A stretch of 15,303 bases of DNA from Bdellovibrionales bacterium (GTDB lineage Bacteria; Bdellovibrionota; Bdellovibrionia; Bdellovibrionales; UBA1609): NCBI GenBank assembly GCA_050246815.1, contig JBFWVI010000041.1, forward strand, positions 10,877 through 26,179, written 5' to 3'. The notes beneath the pieces were generated by a model that did not search any database, was not told the DNA's origin, and saw only the letters and a list, made by a program, of their open reading frames with translations. Numbering within the stretch: position 1 is the stretch's first letter; each line of letters starts with the position of its first letter. Position numbers and translations under genes: made by a program. Of the stretch, positions 7,284 to 15,302 are shown piece after piece.

Positions 7284-8729
7284 TTAAAGTTCGACTTTGA
7301 ATTGTTTGCGCCCGTTTAGGATCAGCGTCCAGTTGTTGTTGATGTTTATCTGGTAGACATCATTGCTGTCTTGGGCCTGCTTGATTTGCGGCAACGCCAT
7401 CAATTTTTTGAGTAGTTTATAGTACGAAGTCAAAACCCGGTGAACATCGATATTTTGAATTTCGGCTTGGGCCAGCATGGCCAGCTCCGCGTACTCACTG
7501 GTCAAATGATACATTTGCTGATTCAATTTTGGGGGATCTTGGTCTGGGTTTTCAAGTAAAGCCACGGCCATTTTGATTTTTTTCTCGCGTGCGGCCTTAA
7601 ATGCTGGCGAAAGACGGCTTTCCAGCTGCGACAGGGGCCATTCCACCGGCGGTGGCACCGGCTTTTCGTTCGGGTCAGGCGGCAGAAGTTTGTGGTGACG
7701 GAACCACTCCATCCAATTATTTTCATCAATCAAGCGACGGATATCCGCGACGTGCATGCGCAGCTCGGTCACCATATGACGATCTTTAAAGTCGATGGTT
7801 TCAATATCCTTTTTTGTCCAAGTTTCAGCGTCTTCAAGAACGGCCATCAAGCCCTGTAAAAAAATTGCCGACTCTTCGATGCTTTTGCCGGTGACTTTTG
7901 GGTTGATCAAAGGTCCTGGTTGGCGCATCACAGCTTTCAGTAGAATAAGCGTTTCAACGGTATGCTCATGTCTTCTTTTGCGTTCGTTGTCATCAGTCGG
8001 CGGCGGCGGGGTCCTTTTTTGCTTTTCGAAAGAAAGGCGAATGGCGCTGTCCACCAGCATCATCGAAACGTCCACACTGTCGGCCTTGCGATTATAAAGG
8101 CGAACCCCGCCTTCAACAGTGGGCAAGATGCTAAAAGTTTCGCTGCGAGCTGTTGCGGGATCGACAACAAGAACTTCTTCAAGTGAAATGACATAAGCCA
8201 TAATGCGATGGTGGATTTTTTCTGGATGGGCTTCAAGCAGGCCCGAGATCAGCAATAGTTCGCCGGGCATCAAAAATAAATCTTCTCGCGTGATCTTCAT
8301 GTCGTTTTGCATTCGCACCGCTTGATCCAGTTTGTTTTCTCGTAACATCAGCTGGATTAAAGCCATCAGCTCATCCACACGCAAGCCATTGGTATCACGG
8401 CCGATCGCCTGATGGATCATGGGTAGGTATTCAAGACCAAGGCCAACAAGATGTTGTTTGTCATGAGCCGGCATTCCGGCATAGCGACGAAATGCCTCTG
8501 TGGCGTAGAGCGCACAAGCCAGGGTGCAAGCATCCTTAAAGTCTTTGGCGGACTCTATGCTCACGGCTGTGGTGATTCGCTCTTTTTCCATTTGCTGAAC
8601 AATCGCGGGCAATGATGGTTGGGTCAGAGCATCATCACATGCCGACTTCGGGCGTCCGGAAGCGTCAGTCGCCCGAGTGACTGGGCTCAAGAGGGCTAGA
8701 GTGAAAATAGGCAGTAGGAATTTAATCAT
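7284..8729 (-). CDS. Secreted protein with a putative C39-like cysteine peptidase domain and a helical C-terminal region
   Basis: Signal peptide MIKFLLPIFTLALLSPVTRA; DAC68TLACAL, H174RIMAY, VLVVD190PA. The ORF is solid; the domain call is an inference. Confidence 0.65.
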   Translation of the reverse strand: MIKFLLPIFTLALLSPVTRATDASGRPKSACDDALTQPSLPAIVQQMEKERITTAVSIESAKDFKDACTLACALYATEAFRRYAGMPAHDKQHLVGLGLEYLPMIHQAIGRDTNGLRVDELMALIQLMLRENKLDQAVRMQNDMKITREDLFLMPGELLLISGLLEAHPEKIHHRIMAYVISLEEVLVVDPATARSETFSILPTVEGGVRLYNRKADSVDVSMMLVDSAIRLSFEKQKRTPPPPTDDNERKRRHEHTVETLILLKAVMRQPGPLINPKVTGKSIEESAIFLQGLMAVLEDAETWTKKDIETIDFKDRHMVTELRMHVADIRRLIDENNWMEWFRHHKLLPPDPNEKPVPPPVEWPLSQLESRLSPAFKAAREKKIKMAVALLENPDQDPPKLNQQMYHLTSEYAELAMLAQAEIQNIDVHRVLTSYYKLLKKLMALPQIKQAQDSNDVYQININNNWTLILNGRKQFKVEL

Positions 8730-10828
8730 GGTGTATGCCCTTTCGGGATGCGCGTGTCCAAAAGGTCAAAGGCTCTGTTAACGGTTTGCACGAATTCAGT
8801 TTTTTGTTTGTCGTCGGCCGAATATCCCAGGCTTCCAAATCCTAAAAGCAACTTGCGGTATGCCATTTTCACGTCTTTGTCAGACATGTCCATCGTTGTT
8901 TTCAGTACATAATGAGCCCAGGTGATCTGGGTCAAGGGGTCGTTTGCAAGGCTATCGGGGCGTTCTGTGGCTTTGATCCACTTAGTCAGGTACAAAGGCG
9001 CATCACCGCTTTGTGCGTCACCCCACGTTATAGTTTTGTAAATCTCTGGCGGTGCGGAAGGGGAGGTCGGCCTAAAACCACTTTTAGGTTTTTGGCGATA
9101 GCGGAATTGTTTCCATTCCGCATTGGCCGCCGCAAACAGGCGGTCGGCGGCTTGCAAAATGCTTTCATGGCGATGTCGATTGATCACTTCAATTTCAATC
9201 CGTGTTTGCAAGCGGAACGCGGCGCCGACAAAAGCCATCAGGTTCATGAAGTCCTGGCCTTCATCGCCAGCAAAGTTATGGGCGCTTGTTCCAGACGGCG
9301 CGAATTCATAACCTTGCGAGCTTAGCCGGACTTCCCATTGATTCTGCATATTTTCCCACAAAAATCCTCCCACAAACGCGCGGCGACCGTGGGCCAAGCG
9401 CAGCAAAGGCGGTGGCAGTTCAAAATCCTGACTCGGATAAGGCATCATTTTCAGCTGACCGTCTTGAGTGAGGATCCAAGCAAAAATACTTTGTGGTGAC
9501 TTGAAATGCTCGACCACATACGAAGGGGTCAGACGGGCAAAGACGTCAATGGCCGTCCAGTAGGCCTGATTTTTTTGCTGTTCTTTCTCGGCTGCGGTCA
9601 TGAGGTTTTCAATGCTCTTCCAGTTTTTCAAAATGAAATTTGTATGCGCCCAGGCGTTGATTCGACTCATGGTGCTCAACGGGTCATGCTCTTCGCTGCC
9701 GCTGGTGGCACTGTCCCGTTGATGGCGGCGGGTGTAGTCCGAAAAACCGTAGGTGCGGATTTTGGCTTTTCGTGCCATCTCTAAGGTCAGCAGCTCCGCC
9801 GAGCTTAAGGATTCTAAAAAGGCTTGGGCGGCGTCATCGCGCTGGGCATCTTGGCTGACGTTGATACTTTGAACTTCGCGCAGGCTTAGGCTACGCACAT
9901 GTCGCACGCGTAGGCCCTCGGCCGCGGGCTCTTCCAACCACTCCACCAAAATAATGTGCCCGGGCTCGCTTGGATTTATTTTGTTGTGGATGTCTAAAAC
10001 CCGCGCATAGACCGGTTTGTGGTGGCCGTCCGGAGTGAAGGCGAAATAGCTATTGCGGCCATCCGCGGACAAAGGAAGAAATCGTCCCTCCACATAAGCC
10101 GGTGCAACTTGTGTCATGTTTTGGGAGGCTGCACGAAAGGCCAGTGCGCGGCTGACGGTCTCGGGGTCGCGATGTAAACTTGAAATCAGAGTTTGCAAAA
10201 CAGTTGGTGGTAAGTAGGCCTGTGACATCTCGGCGGCAATGTAATCCGCCACCGCGTCTTGAATTTCAACTTTTTGGCGGGCAGGCGGCATTTCACGAAA
10301 GCGCGTCATATAATTATTTTGTTGGACCAGTGTTTGGTTTTGTATGATCAGGGCATGGCTTTTGCCTGGCAACATCAACGGGCTAGCCGACGCCTGCGAA
10401 GTGGTTGCTGATCCGCTGATTTGCAGATTCGGGTCAACACGGCGGCCGTCCAAAGCGAACAGGCGGGGCCCTTGTTGAGCCAAGAATGAAGGGGATCCGA
10501 GTGGAAACAAGTTCACTGTTAAAACATCCTGATTGCGCCTAAAAAGTTCGGGCGTCACCGAGGTATGGCCGATAAGTTCGGGGCCGATTGTGGTGGTGAA
10601 TGGTCGCATTGAAAAGGGCTCCCTTAAGCGGACCTCTTCGCGGAAAACGGTTGGTTCAGGCGGCGTTTCGGCAAGTGCAAATTTGGGCTTTGGATTTAAA
10701 ATATCTAAGATTTCATCACAGAGTTTGGGCGTGGCGGGGCCAGTCGGCACCGACAACCGGTTGGCGCCAAAAGCGCTTTGCGCGACTTGAAGCGAAAAAA
10801 TTAGCAAAATTAAAGAACGTAGCGGCAT
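8726..10828 (-). CDS. Large secreted protein (700 aa) with a C-terminal J-like domain lacking HPD
   Basis: Start moved to the ATG at 10828 (GGAAGG upstream; signal peptide MPLRSLILLIFSLQVAQSAFG). C-terminal AHYVLKTTMDMSDKDVKMAYRKLLLGF...EFVQTVNRAFDLL follows the J-domain helix pattern. ATGA overlap with the next gene. Confidence 0.75.
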   Translation of the reverse strand: MPLRSLILLIFSLQVAQSAFGANRLSVPTGPATPKLCDEILDILNPKPKFALAETPPEPTVFREEVRLREPFSMRPFTTTIGPELIGHTSVTPELFRRNQDVLTVNLFPLGSPSFLAQQGPRLFALDGRRVDPNLQISGSATTSQASASPLMLPGKSHALIIQNQTLVQQNNYMTRFREMPPARQKVEIQDAVADYIAAEMSQAYLPPTVLQTLISSLHRDPETVSRALAFRAASQNMTQVAPAYVEGRFLPLSADGRNSYFAFTPDGHHKPVYARVLDIHNKINPSEPGHIILVEWLEEPAAEGLRVRHVRSLSLREVQSINVSQDAQRDDAAQAFLESLSSAELLTLEMARKAKIRTYGFSDYTRRHQRDSATSGSEEHDPLSTMSRINAWAHTNFILKNWKSIENLMTAAEKEQQKNQAYWTAIDVFARLTPSYVVEHFKSPQSIFAWILTQDGQLKMMPYPSQDFELPPPLLRLAHGRRAFVGGFLWENMQNQWEVRLSSQGYEFAPSGTSAHNFAGDEGQDFMNLMAFVGAAFRLQTRIEIEVINRHRHESILQAADRLFAAANAEWKQFRYRQKPKSGFRPTSPSAPPEIYKTITWGDAQSGDAPLYLTKWIKATERPDSLANDPLTQITWAHYVLKTTMDMSDKDVKMAYRKLLLGFGSLGYSADDKQKTEFVQTVNRAFDLLDTRIPKGHTP

Positions 10829-11130
10829 CCACAGCCTTCCCAAAACAGAGCAATTCTTGATCAAGCCACAAAAAAGCAAATTAGATGCCGCAGCGAAAAG
10901 GGAGAGAATCAAGTTGTTTCAGTGAGTTAGCCCCCCAAATGGAGCGCCTGCATTGATCAAATTAAGGGCAGGGGACGTAAATGGGCAAAAGGGTACGTGT
11001 TCTGCGCTTTTTCGATTCTCCAAATATGGCGACATGGCCTGCAAAAACTGCAAATGGCGACAACAACAAAAATGTCAGATCTTTTTTAACTGATTCGGGT
11101 GTAGCTTGGCGCTCTTAAGGGGGGATATCC

Positions 11131-11526
11131 ATGAAAACTGTTATTTCTTTACTTGTTATGTTGAGTGCTGCTGTTGCTTTTGCTGGTGAAGGGTCGGCAA
11201 GTTTAAAGGGTGTCAAAGCACTTTCATTTGCAACTTTGGCGAATGCCAAAATCACCGAACAATGCAAAGGACAAGAAAACTGTCGCAGCCGCGGCATGTA
11301 CAAAGTTGAGCTGACTTTCGCGATGCGGGGATGCGTGGATAGGTTAGGCCCAGTAGCGGTTAAGTACGATGACTACAGCAACACTCTGTATGTTGCGGCG
11401 GTCAATTTGCACACAGAACGGTCTGAGCGCGTTCGCTGTGTAGTGCAAGCGACCGAACAGTATAGCCTGATCGTGCCCGGCTTGAATGACGACACGACAG
11501 TAGAGGCTTTAAGCAAGCCGTTTTAA
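11131..11526 (+). CDS. Small secreted hypothetical protein (131 aa, 4 Cys)
   Basis: G-rich RBS AAGGGGGGA; signal peptide MKTVISLLVMLSAAVAFA; beta-rich mature part. Its stop abuts the stop of the convergent OmpA-family gene. Confidence 0.85.
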   Translation: MKTVISLLVMLSAAVAFAGEGSASLKGVKALSFATLANAKITEQCKGQENCRSRGMYKVELTFAMRGCVDRLGPVAVKYDDYSNTLYVAAVNLHTERSERVRCVVQATEQYSLIVPGLNDDTTVEALSKPF

Positions 11527-12825
11527 TTAGCGCCAAATCTTGAACTCAACCCGTCGGTTTCTGCGACGGCCTTGATAGTTGCCGTTGTCGGCGATGGGTT
11601 GAGCTTCACCGATACCGATCGCTTCGATTTTGGCGGCCGCGACGCCATGTTTTTTGACCAGGTGCTGTTTGACGAAGTTGGCTCGTCTTTGGCTTAAGTC
11701 CAAATTGTAAGCGGCCGCACCCACTGAGTCCGTGTGGCCTTCGATAACCAAGCGATCAAATCCTTTGCCTGCGATTTTTCTGTAAACTTTGTCGAATTGT
11801 TCAAGTCGCGAGGGCGCGATTTGGTCAGAGTTGCGCTCAAACAAAAGATGCAGATCCACGGTGTAAACTTCGGGGCCGCCGCCAAAGCTCTCTTTGAAAG
11901 TTTCAAAGACATTTGTTTTGCAGATCGGGCCCATCACCCAGTTGAAGCCAGCGTAGACACGCCAGTCGGGTCCGCCTAAACTTGCATCAAGGCTGGTGGC
12001 CGCGCCAAAATGCACCGCCACGTTTTCGTCGTAGTCGTGTTTGACCCCGATTAAGCCTTCCAGGTTGTTTAAGTTTCGATCGGTTGCGGGGTCCACGGAT
12101 TTGGCGGCATGACTGCCGTAAAGTTCCAAAATCAACTTGGTGTCTTTTTCGGGGATCAAAAAGCTGCCGGCGATGGAATAAATCCACTGATCGTCTAAAG
12201 GGACAAAGGGCACGTTCGCAATTGGGTCGCCGGGATTGCGGTCGCGATAGCCCAAGTTGATGGCCGCGGCCCATTTGGTTTTGATCACGGTGTCTGCCAC
12301 CAGCTCATAGTTCCAAGTCAGGCCTGGATCATCGCCGGCAAACGGGTTGTTGCCGATCAAGTTCTTATTTACCGAAAGCACAGCGGCGATGCCGCGGCTT
12401 TCATCTCCAAACAGATGATATTTAGTGTTGGCTTTGAATTCAGTGGCGCCTTTTTTCTTGAAGGTGTTCACATTGGTTTCGTTGTCCACTGTCTGTGACA
12501 AAATAAAGGGGATGTTGACGCCAAAATCCCAATTGTCAGTCAGGCCGATGCCGGCGCTCAAATCCATGCCCAGCACTTTGTCGTGGCGCTGGTCGCCCAC
12601 ATTGGTGCCTGCTAAACTTTGGCTGTAAGTCAGGTTGTTGGCGGCATAGTTAAGAAACAGGCCCATATTTATAATGCAGGGTTTTAACGTCTCGGATGAG
12701 TGCACGGTCACGAAGTCCAAGCCATTGGTGGTCGGATTGAAGTTTTGAAAGTCCGTGCCGCATATGTTGGCGCGGGCCCCGGTGCTGTAAAAAAGTAGGG
12801 CGAGCATCACAAGGCATTTATTCAT
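11527..12825 (-). CDS. OmpA family outer-membrane protein (N-terminal beta-barrel plus OmpA_C peptidoglycan-binding domain)
   Basis: Signal peptide; amphipathic strands ending PDWRVYAGFNW; OmpA_C motifs IEGHTDSVG, YNLDLSQRRA, GIGEAQPIADN and RNRRVEF. Confidence 0.93.
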   Translation of the reverse strand: MNKCLVMLALLFYSTGARANICGTDFQNFNPTTNGLDFVTVHSSETLKPCIINMGLFLNYAANNLTYSQSLAGTNVGDQRHDKVLGMDLSAGIGLTDNWDFGVNIPFILSQTVDNETNVNTFKKKGATEFKANTKYHLFGDESRGIAAVLSVNKNLIGNNPFAGDDPGLTWNYELVADTVIKTKWAAAINLGYRDRNPGDPIANVPFVPLDDQWIYSIAGSFLIPEKDTKLILELYGSHAAKSVDPATDRNLNNLEGLIGVKHDYDENVAVHFGAATSLDASLGGPDWRVYAGFNWVMGPICKTNVFETFKESFGGGPEVYTVDLHLLFERNSDQIAPSRLEQFDKVYRKIAGKGFDRLVIEGHTDSVGAAAYNLDLSQRRANFVKQHLVKKHGVAAAKIEAIGIGEAQPIADNGNYQGRRRNRRVEFKIWR

Positions 12826-13008
12826 GTATTCGATTTTGCTTGAAGAATCTCGTTTTGTGCAGGCCTTTCAAGGGCCCGCAAAAAGAAACTAGACGTGGTT
12901 TGTTTTGGGGCCATGACAGGGGGTTGAGGGCGCTGACGCCATGTATTATTGGCCTGCCAATGCGATGGATCTATTTTGCTGTTGGTCGGAGTGGCGACAA
13001 TTGAGCAA

Positions 13009-13033
13009 GGCGGGCTTCAAACTGAAGCCCGTC
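13009..13033 (-). terminator. Hairpin just downstream of the histone gene; likely terminator or 3' stabiliser
   Basis: CGGGCTTCA (13011-13019) / TGAAGCCCG (13023-13031), a perfect 9-bp stem 6 nt after the stop. The U-tract is weak. Confidence 0.55.
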
Positions 13034-13037
13034 TCGG

Positions 13038-13235
13038 TTACATCATAATGAAATCGTAATCGCGCACGGTCTTGCGACCATTTGCTTTGGCGCGCTTGGC
13101 CGCCTGTTCAAGCAACCAGTACGCCCAACCGTTTAACCCATTTAGGGCGTCGCCCGATGTGTTGCAGCCGTACTTTTTTAAAATTGCTTTGGCTTTGCTG
13201 TTGACGATGATCGGATCCATTTTTTTCTTGGCCAT
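13038..13235 (-). CDS. Bacterial histone (single histone fold, short alpha3), 65 aa
   Basis: True start at ATG 13235 with a GGAGG RBS. MAKKKMDPIIVNSKAKAILKKYGCNTSGDALNGLNGWAYWLLEQAAKRAKANGRKTVRDYDFIMM shows the IVxSKxK alpha1, NTSGDA loop 1, AAKRAKANGRKTV alpha2-L2 and the RxTxxxxD motif (R54/T56/D61). Net charge about +8. Confidence 0.9.
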   Translation of the reverse strand: MAKKKMDPIIVNSKAKAILKKYGCNTSGDALNGLNGWAYWLLEQAAKRAKANGRKTVRDYDFIMM

Positions 13236-13275
13236 TGATGCCTCCACGAGTTGTTCGCGAATTAGGATATGCACG

Positions 13276-13304
13276 AAAATAGTTTTGAGGAAGTGATTTT
13301 TCAA
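13276..13304 (-). promoter_or_regulatory. Putative sigma70 promoter for the histone gene
   Basis: Minus strand TTGAAA (13304-13299), 17-nt spacer, TATTTT (13281-13276). Confidence 0.35.
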
Positions 13305-13311
13305 ATCTGGG

Positions 13312-14874
13312 CTAAGGTGCTTCGAACGCCCCAGCATCCAAAGCGCCTTGGGTGACACGCTCTTTTGAAGCCGCAGGGTGCACGTACTCGCTATTCACAG
13401 GAATGGTGAAGCCACTGATCAACGCGGGGTTTATGCCCTGATTGACGGCCGGGCCACCGGCCTTGATGTGAAAGTCATAATTGGTTTTGTCGACAAAAAT
13501 GGCTGGGTCTTTCGAAAAGATGTTGTTGCTTTTGGATTGACCGGCCACGGTGGTGGCATTGCCAAAAAGTAAATTGTTGTAGACACGGGCGTTGACTGCA
13601 CCGCCCCCTAAAGTCAGGTAGCCATCGCCGCGGTCATCGACAATGGTGTTGTTCACCATGTACAAATCCAAGGAGGCATGGGCCGCGCCATCGTTGCCAT
13701 TATCATAATACAAGATTGTGCGGTTGCTTGAGGACCTGGCACTGTCGCGGATCACGTTACCGACGATGTAAGTTAGCCCGCCTTGCGGCAAATTAATTTG
13801 GTCACCTGCGGTGCCAACGGCCTCGTTCATGATGCGGTTATAAAATATAAAGTTGTTGCGCGCGCGAGTCTTGACGTTGTGGCCCGTGTCGTTGGTGTTA
13901 TTGGGGTCGTGGGCGTCGTGGATATAACTGTACTTCAGGGTGAAGGTGCCAGCGGCGCCGATGTAGATATTGTGGGTGAAGCCGACGTCGGTCAAACCGT
14001 TAAAAGCAATTTCCGAGTACTCCACCATCACTTGGTTGCCTTCGCCCAAGATGCCGTTTTCATTGTCGTGCAAATAAGCGTTGCAGACCACGGTGTCGTT
14101 TTCGATGCGGACGGCGGCGCCATTTTCATCAGGTACCTTTGAGCCCGAGATCTCGACATTTTCAATCACCACTTTGCCGGTGGTGGTCCAAATTCCTTTG
14201 CCATTGGGAATCACGCCATTGGCACGGCGAATATGGGGGCGGGTTGCACCCACGCCGCGGATGGTGATGTTGGTGCCGATTGAAGCGAAGTCATCCACGT
14301 ACTCGCCCGAATCAATTTCGATCAAGTCGCCGTTGGCGCTGTTTTGAATGGCAAGCGAGGGCCGGGCGTAGGTTTTACCCGCGCCCACTTTAAGAATCCT
14401 TGATTTGGTTGCAAAGTCGACAGTTTGCAAGACAGCTGCATTGGCGTAGTTCACCGTGCTGGTGGCGACAAAACTAATATTGTCATCCGAGCCTGCCAGA
14501 TCCGTGTCGGCCTGTTGGGTCACCGCCAAAGTGTATGTGCCAGCGGCAAGTGAAGAAGATTTGTAAGAAAACACGCAACGATTTTGTGTGATCGGCACGA
14601 CCATCAAAGGCGGTTGGGCCGAGCCCAAATCGTTTGGCGTGACGTTGCCGGCGAAAATGTAAAGGGCATTGCCTTTGGTCAAGTGCCGATTCAAAAGAGT
14701 GGAATCAATTTGCCCCAATATTCCCGAGCCGTTTTGGGCGGGCGTTACTCTGATTAACAGTGGTTTGGTTTTGAGCACAACCGCGAATGCGGCGGGCGCG
14801 CTTACAGAAAGCAACAGTGCCAAAGCCATGGTCATGAATTGTGAACTCAAGCTGTTCGACCTTTCTTTAATCAT
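13312..14874 (-). CDS. Secreted right-handed parallel beta-helix (pectin-lyase fold) protein with a choice-of-anchor-Q-like C-terminus
   Basis: Signal peptide ending APAAFA; VGAGKTY..PSLAI..GDLIEIDSGEY, NGAAVR, HDNENGIL, HNIYIG, GHNVKTRA, YIVGNVI, MVNNTIV; C-terminal DFHIKAGGPAVNQG...LDAGAFE. Start uncertain (14874 or 14835 rather than GTG 14940). Confidence 0.85.
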   Translation of the reverse strand: MIKERSNSLSSQFMTMALALLLSVSAPAAFAVVLKTKPLLIRVTPAQNGSGILGQIDSTLLNRHLTKGNALYIFAGNVTPNDLGSAQPPLMVVPITQNRCVFSYKSSSLAAGTYTLAVTQQADTDLAGSDDNISFVATSTVNYANAAVLQTVDFATKSRILKVGAGKTYARPSLAIQNSANGDLIEIDSGEYVDDFASIGTNITIRGVGATRPHIRRANGVIPNGKGIWTTTGKVVIENVEISGSKVPDENGAAVRIENDTVVCNAYLHDNENGILGEGNQVMVEYSEIAFNGLTDVGFTHNIYIGAAGTFTLKYSYIHDAHDPNNTNDTGHNVKTRARNNFIFYNRIMNEAVGTAGDQINLPQGGLTYIVGNVIRDSARSSSNRTILYYDNGNDGAAHASLDLYMVNNTIVDDRGDGYLTLGGGAVNARVYNNLLFGNATTVAGQSKSNNIFSKDPAIFVDKTNYDFHIKAGGPAVNQGINPALISGFTIPVNSEYVHPAASKERVTQGALDAGAFEAP

Positions 14875-15119
14875 TTTCAATTTCGAAGGGGGGGGGTGTC
14901 TCGCGATGAGACACAAAAGTGGCAAAAAAATTAACGCCACGAACGACGTTTCACTGCCTCAATCACTTTTAAATGAATCCCCCCCCAGCGCCTTAACCTC
15001 AGTTAAATTAATAGCAAAACAACGGCCAATCCAGATTCAAGTTATGCGGACGAAAGTGTTAAAAAAGCTGTCATCGTAATAAATTAGACAGGCGACTTCC
15101 AACCCCTGTGCCGAAGAAA

Positions 15120-15302
15120 TCAAGGCAGTTTAAGCACAAAAATATTGTTGTCCATGGCCGTCACAGCCGTGAATAGGTCTGATTTTTCGGAGTAACTGAA
15201 TTTTTCCATGACGTAGTTATTACGTCCTGGAGTAGGACCTTTGATGAAATTGTGGATTGTCCATACTTGATTTTTCAGACTGAACTCATGTACGGGAGCG
15301 CC
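15120..15302 (-). CDS. 3' end of a CDS entering from the right edge; probably a beta-propeller/Kelch-like protein
   Basis: Manual translation gives GAPVHEFSLKNQVWTIHNFIKGPTPGRNNYVMEKFSYSEKSDLFTAVTAMDNNIFVLKLP-stop (TGA at 15122-15120). The frame is open to the window edge and shows a blade-like strand pattern. Confidence 0.6.
   Translation of the reverse strand, partial: GAPVHEFSLKNQVWTIHNFIKGPTPGRNNYVMEKFSYSEKSDLFTAVTAMDNNIFVLKLP

Noticed and set aside
12853..12884. Hairpin in the OmpA gene leader as a riboswitch
   Set aside because: An imperfect GC stem is present, but I recognise no aptamer consensus.
3216..14940. Longer ORF-track starts at 3216, 4654, 5383, 10912, 13358 and 14940
   Set aside because: Downstream ATGs have better RBS or signal-peptide context, and for 3216, 4654 and 13358 they also avoid overlapping neighbouring genes.
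60..15079. Short antisense or out-of-frame ORFs (e.g. 3315-3737, 4627-5253, 8912-9325, 13783-14142, 14669-15079)
   Set aside because: They are shadows of well-supported genes and have no motifs of their own.
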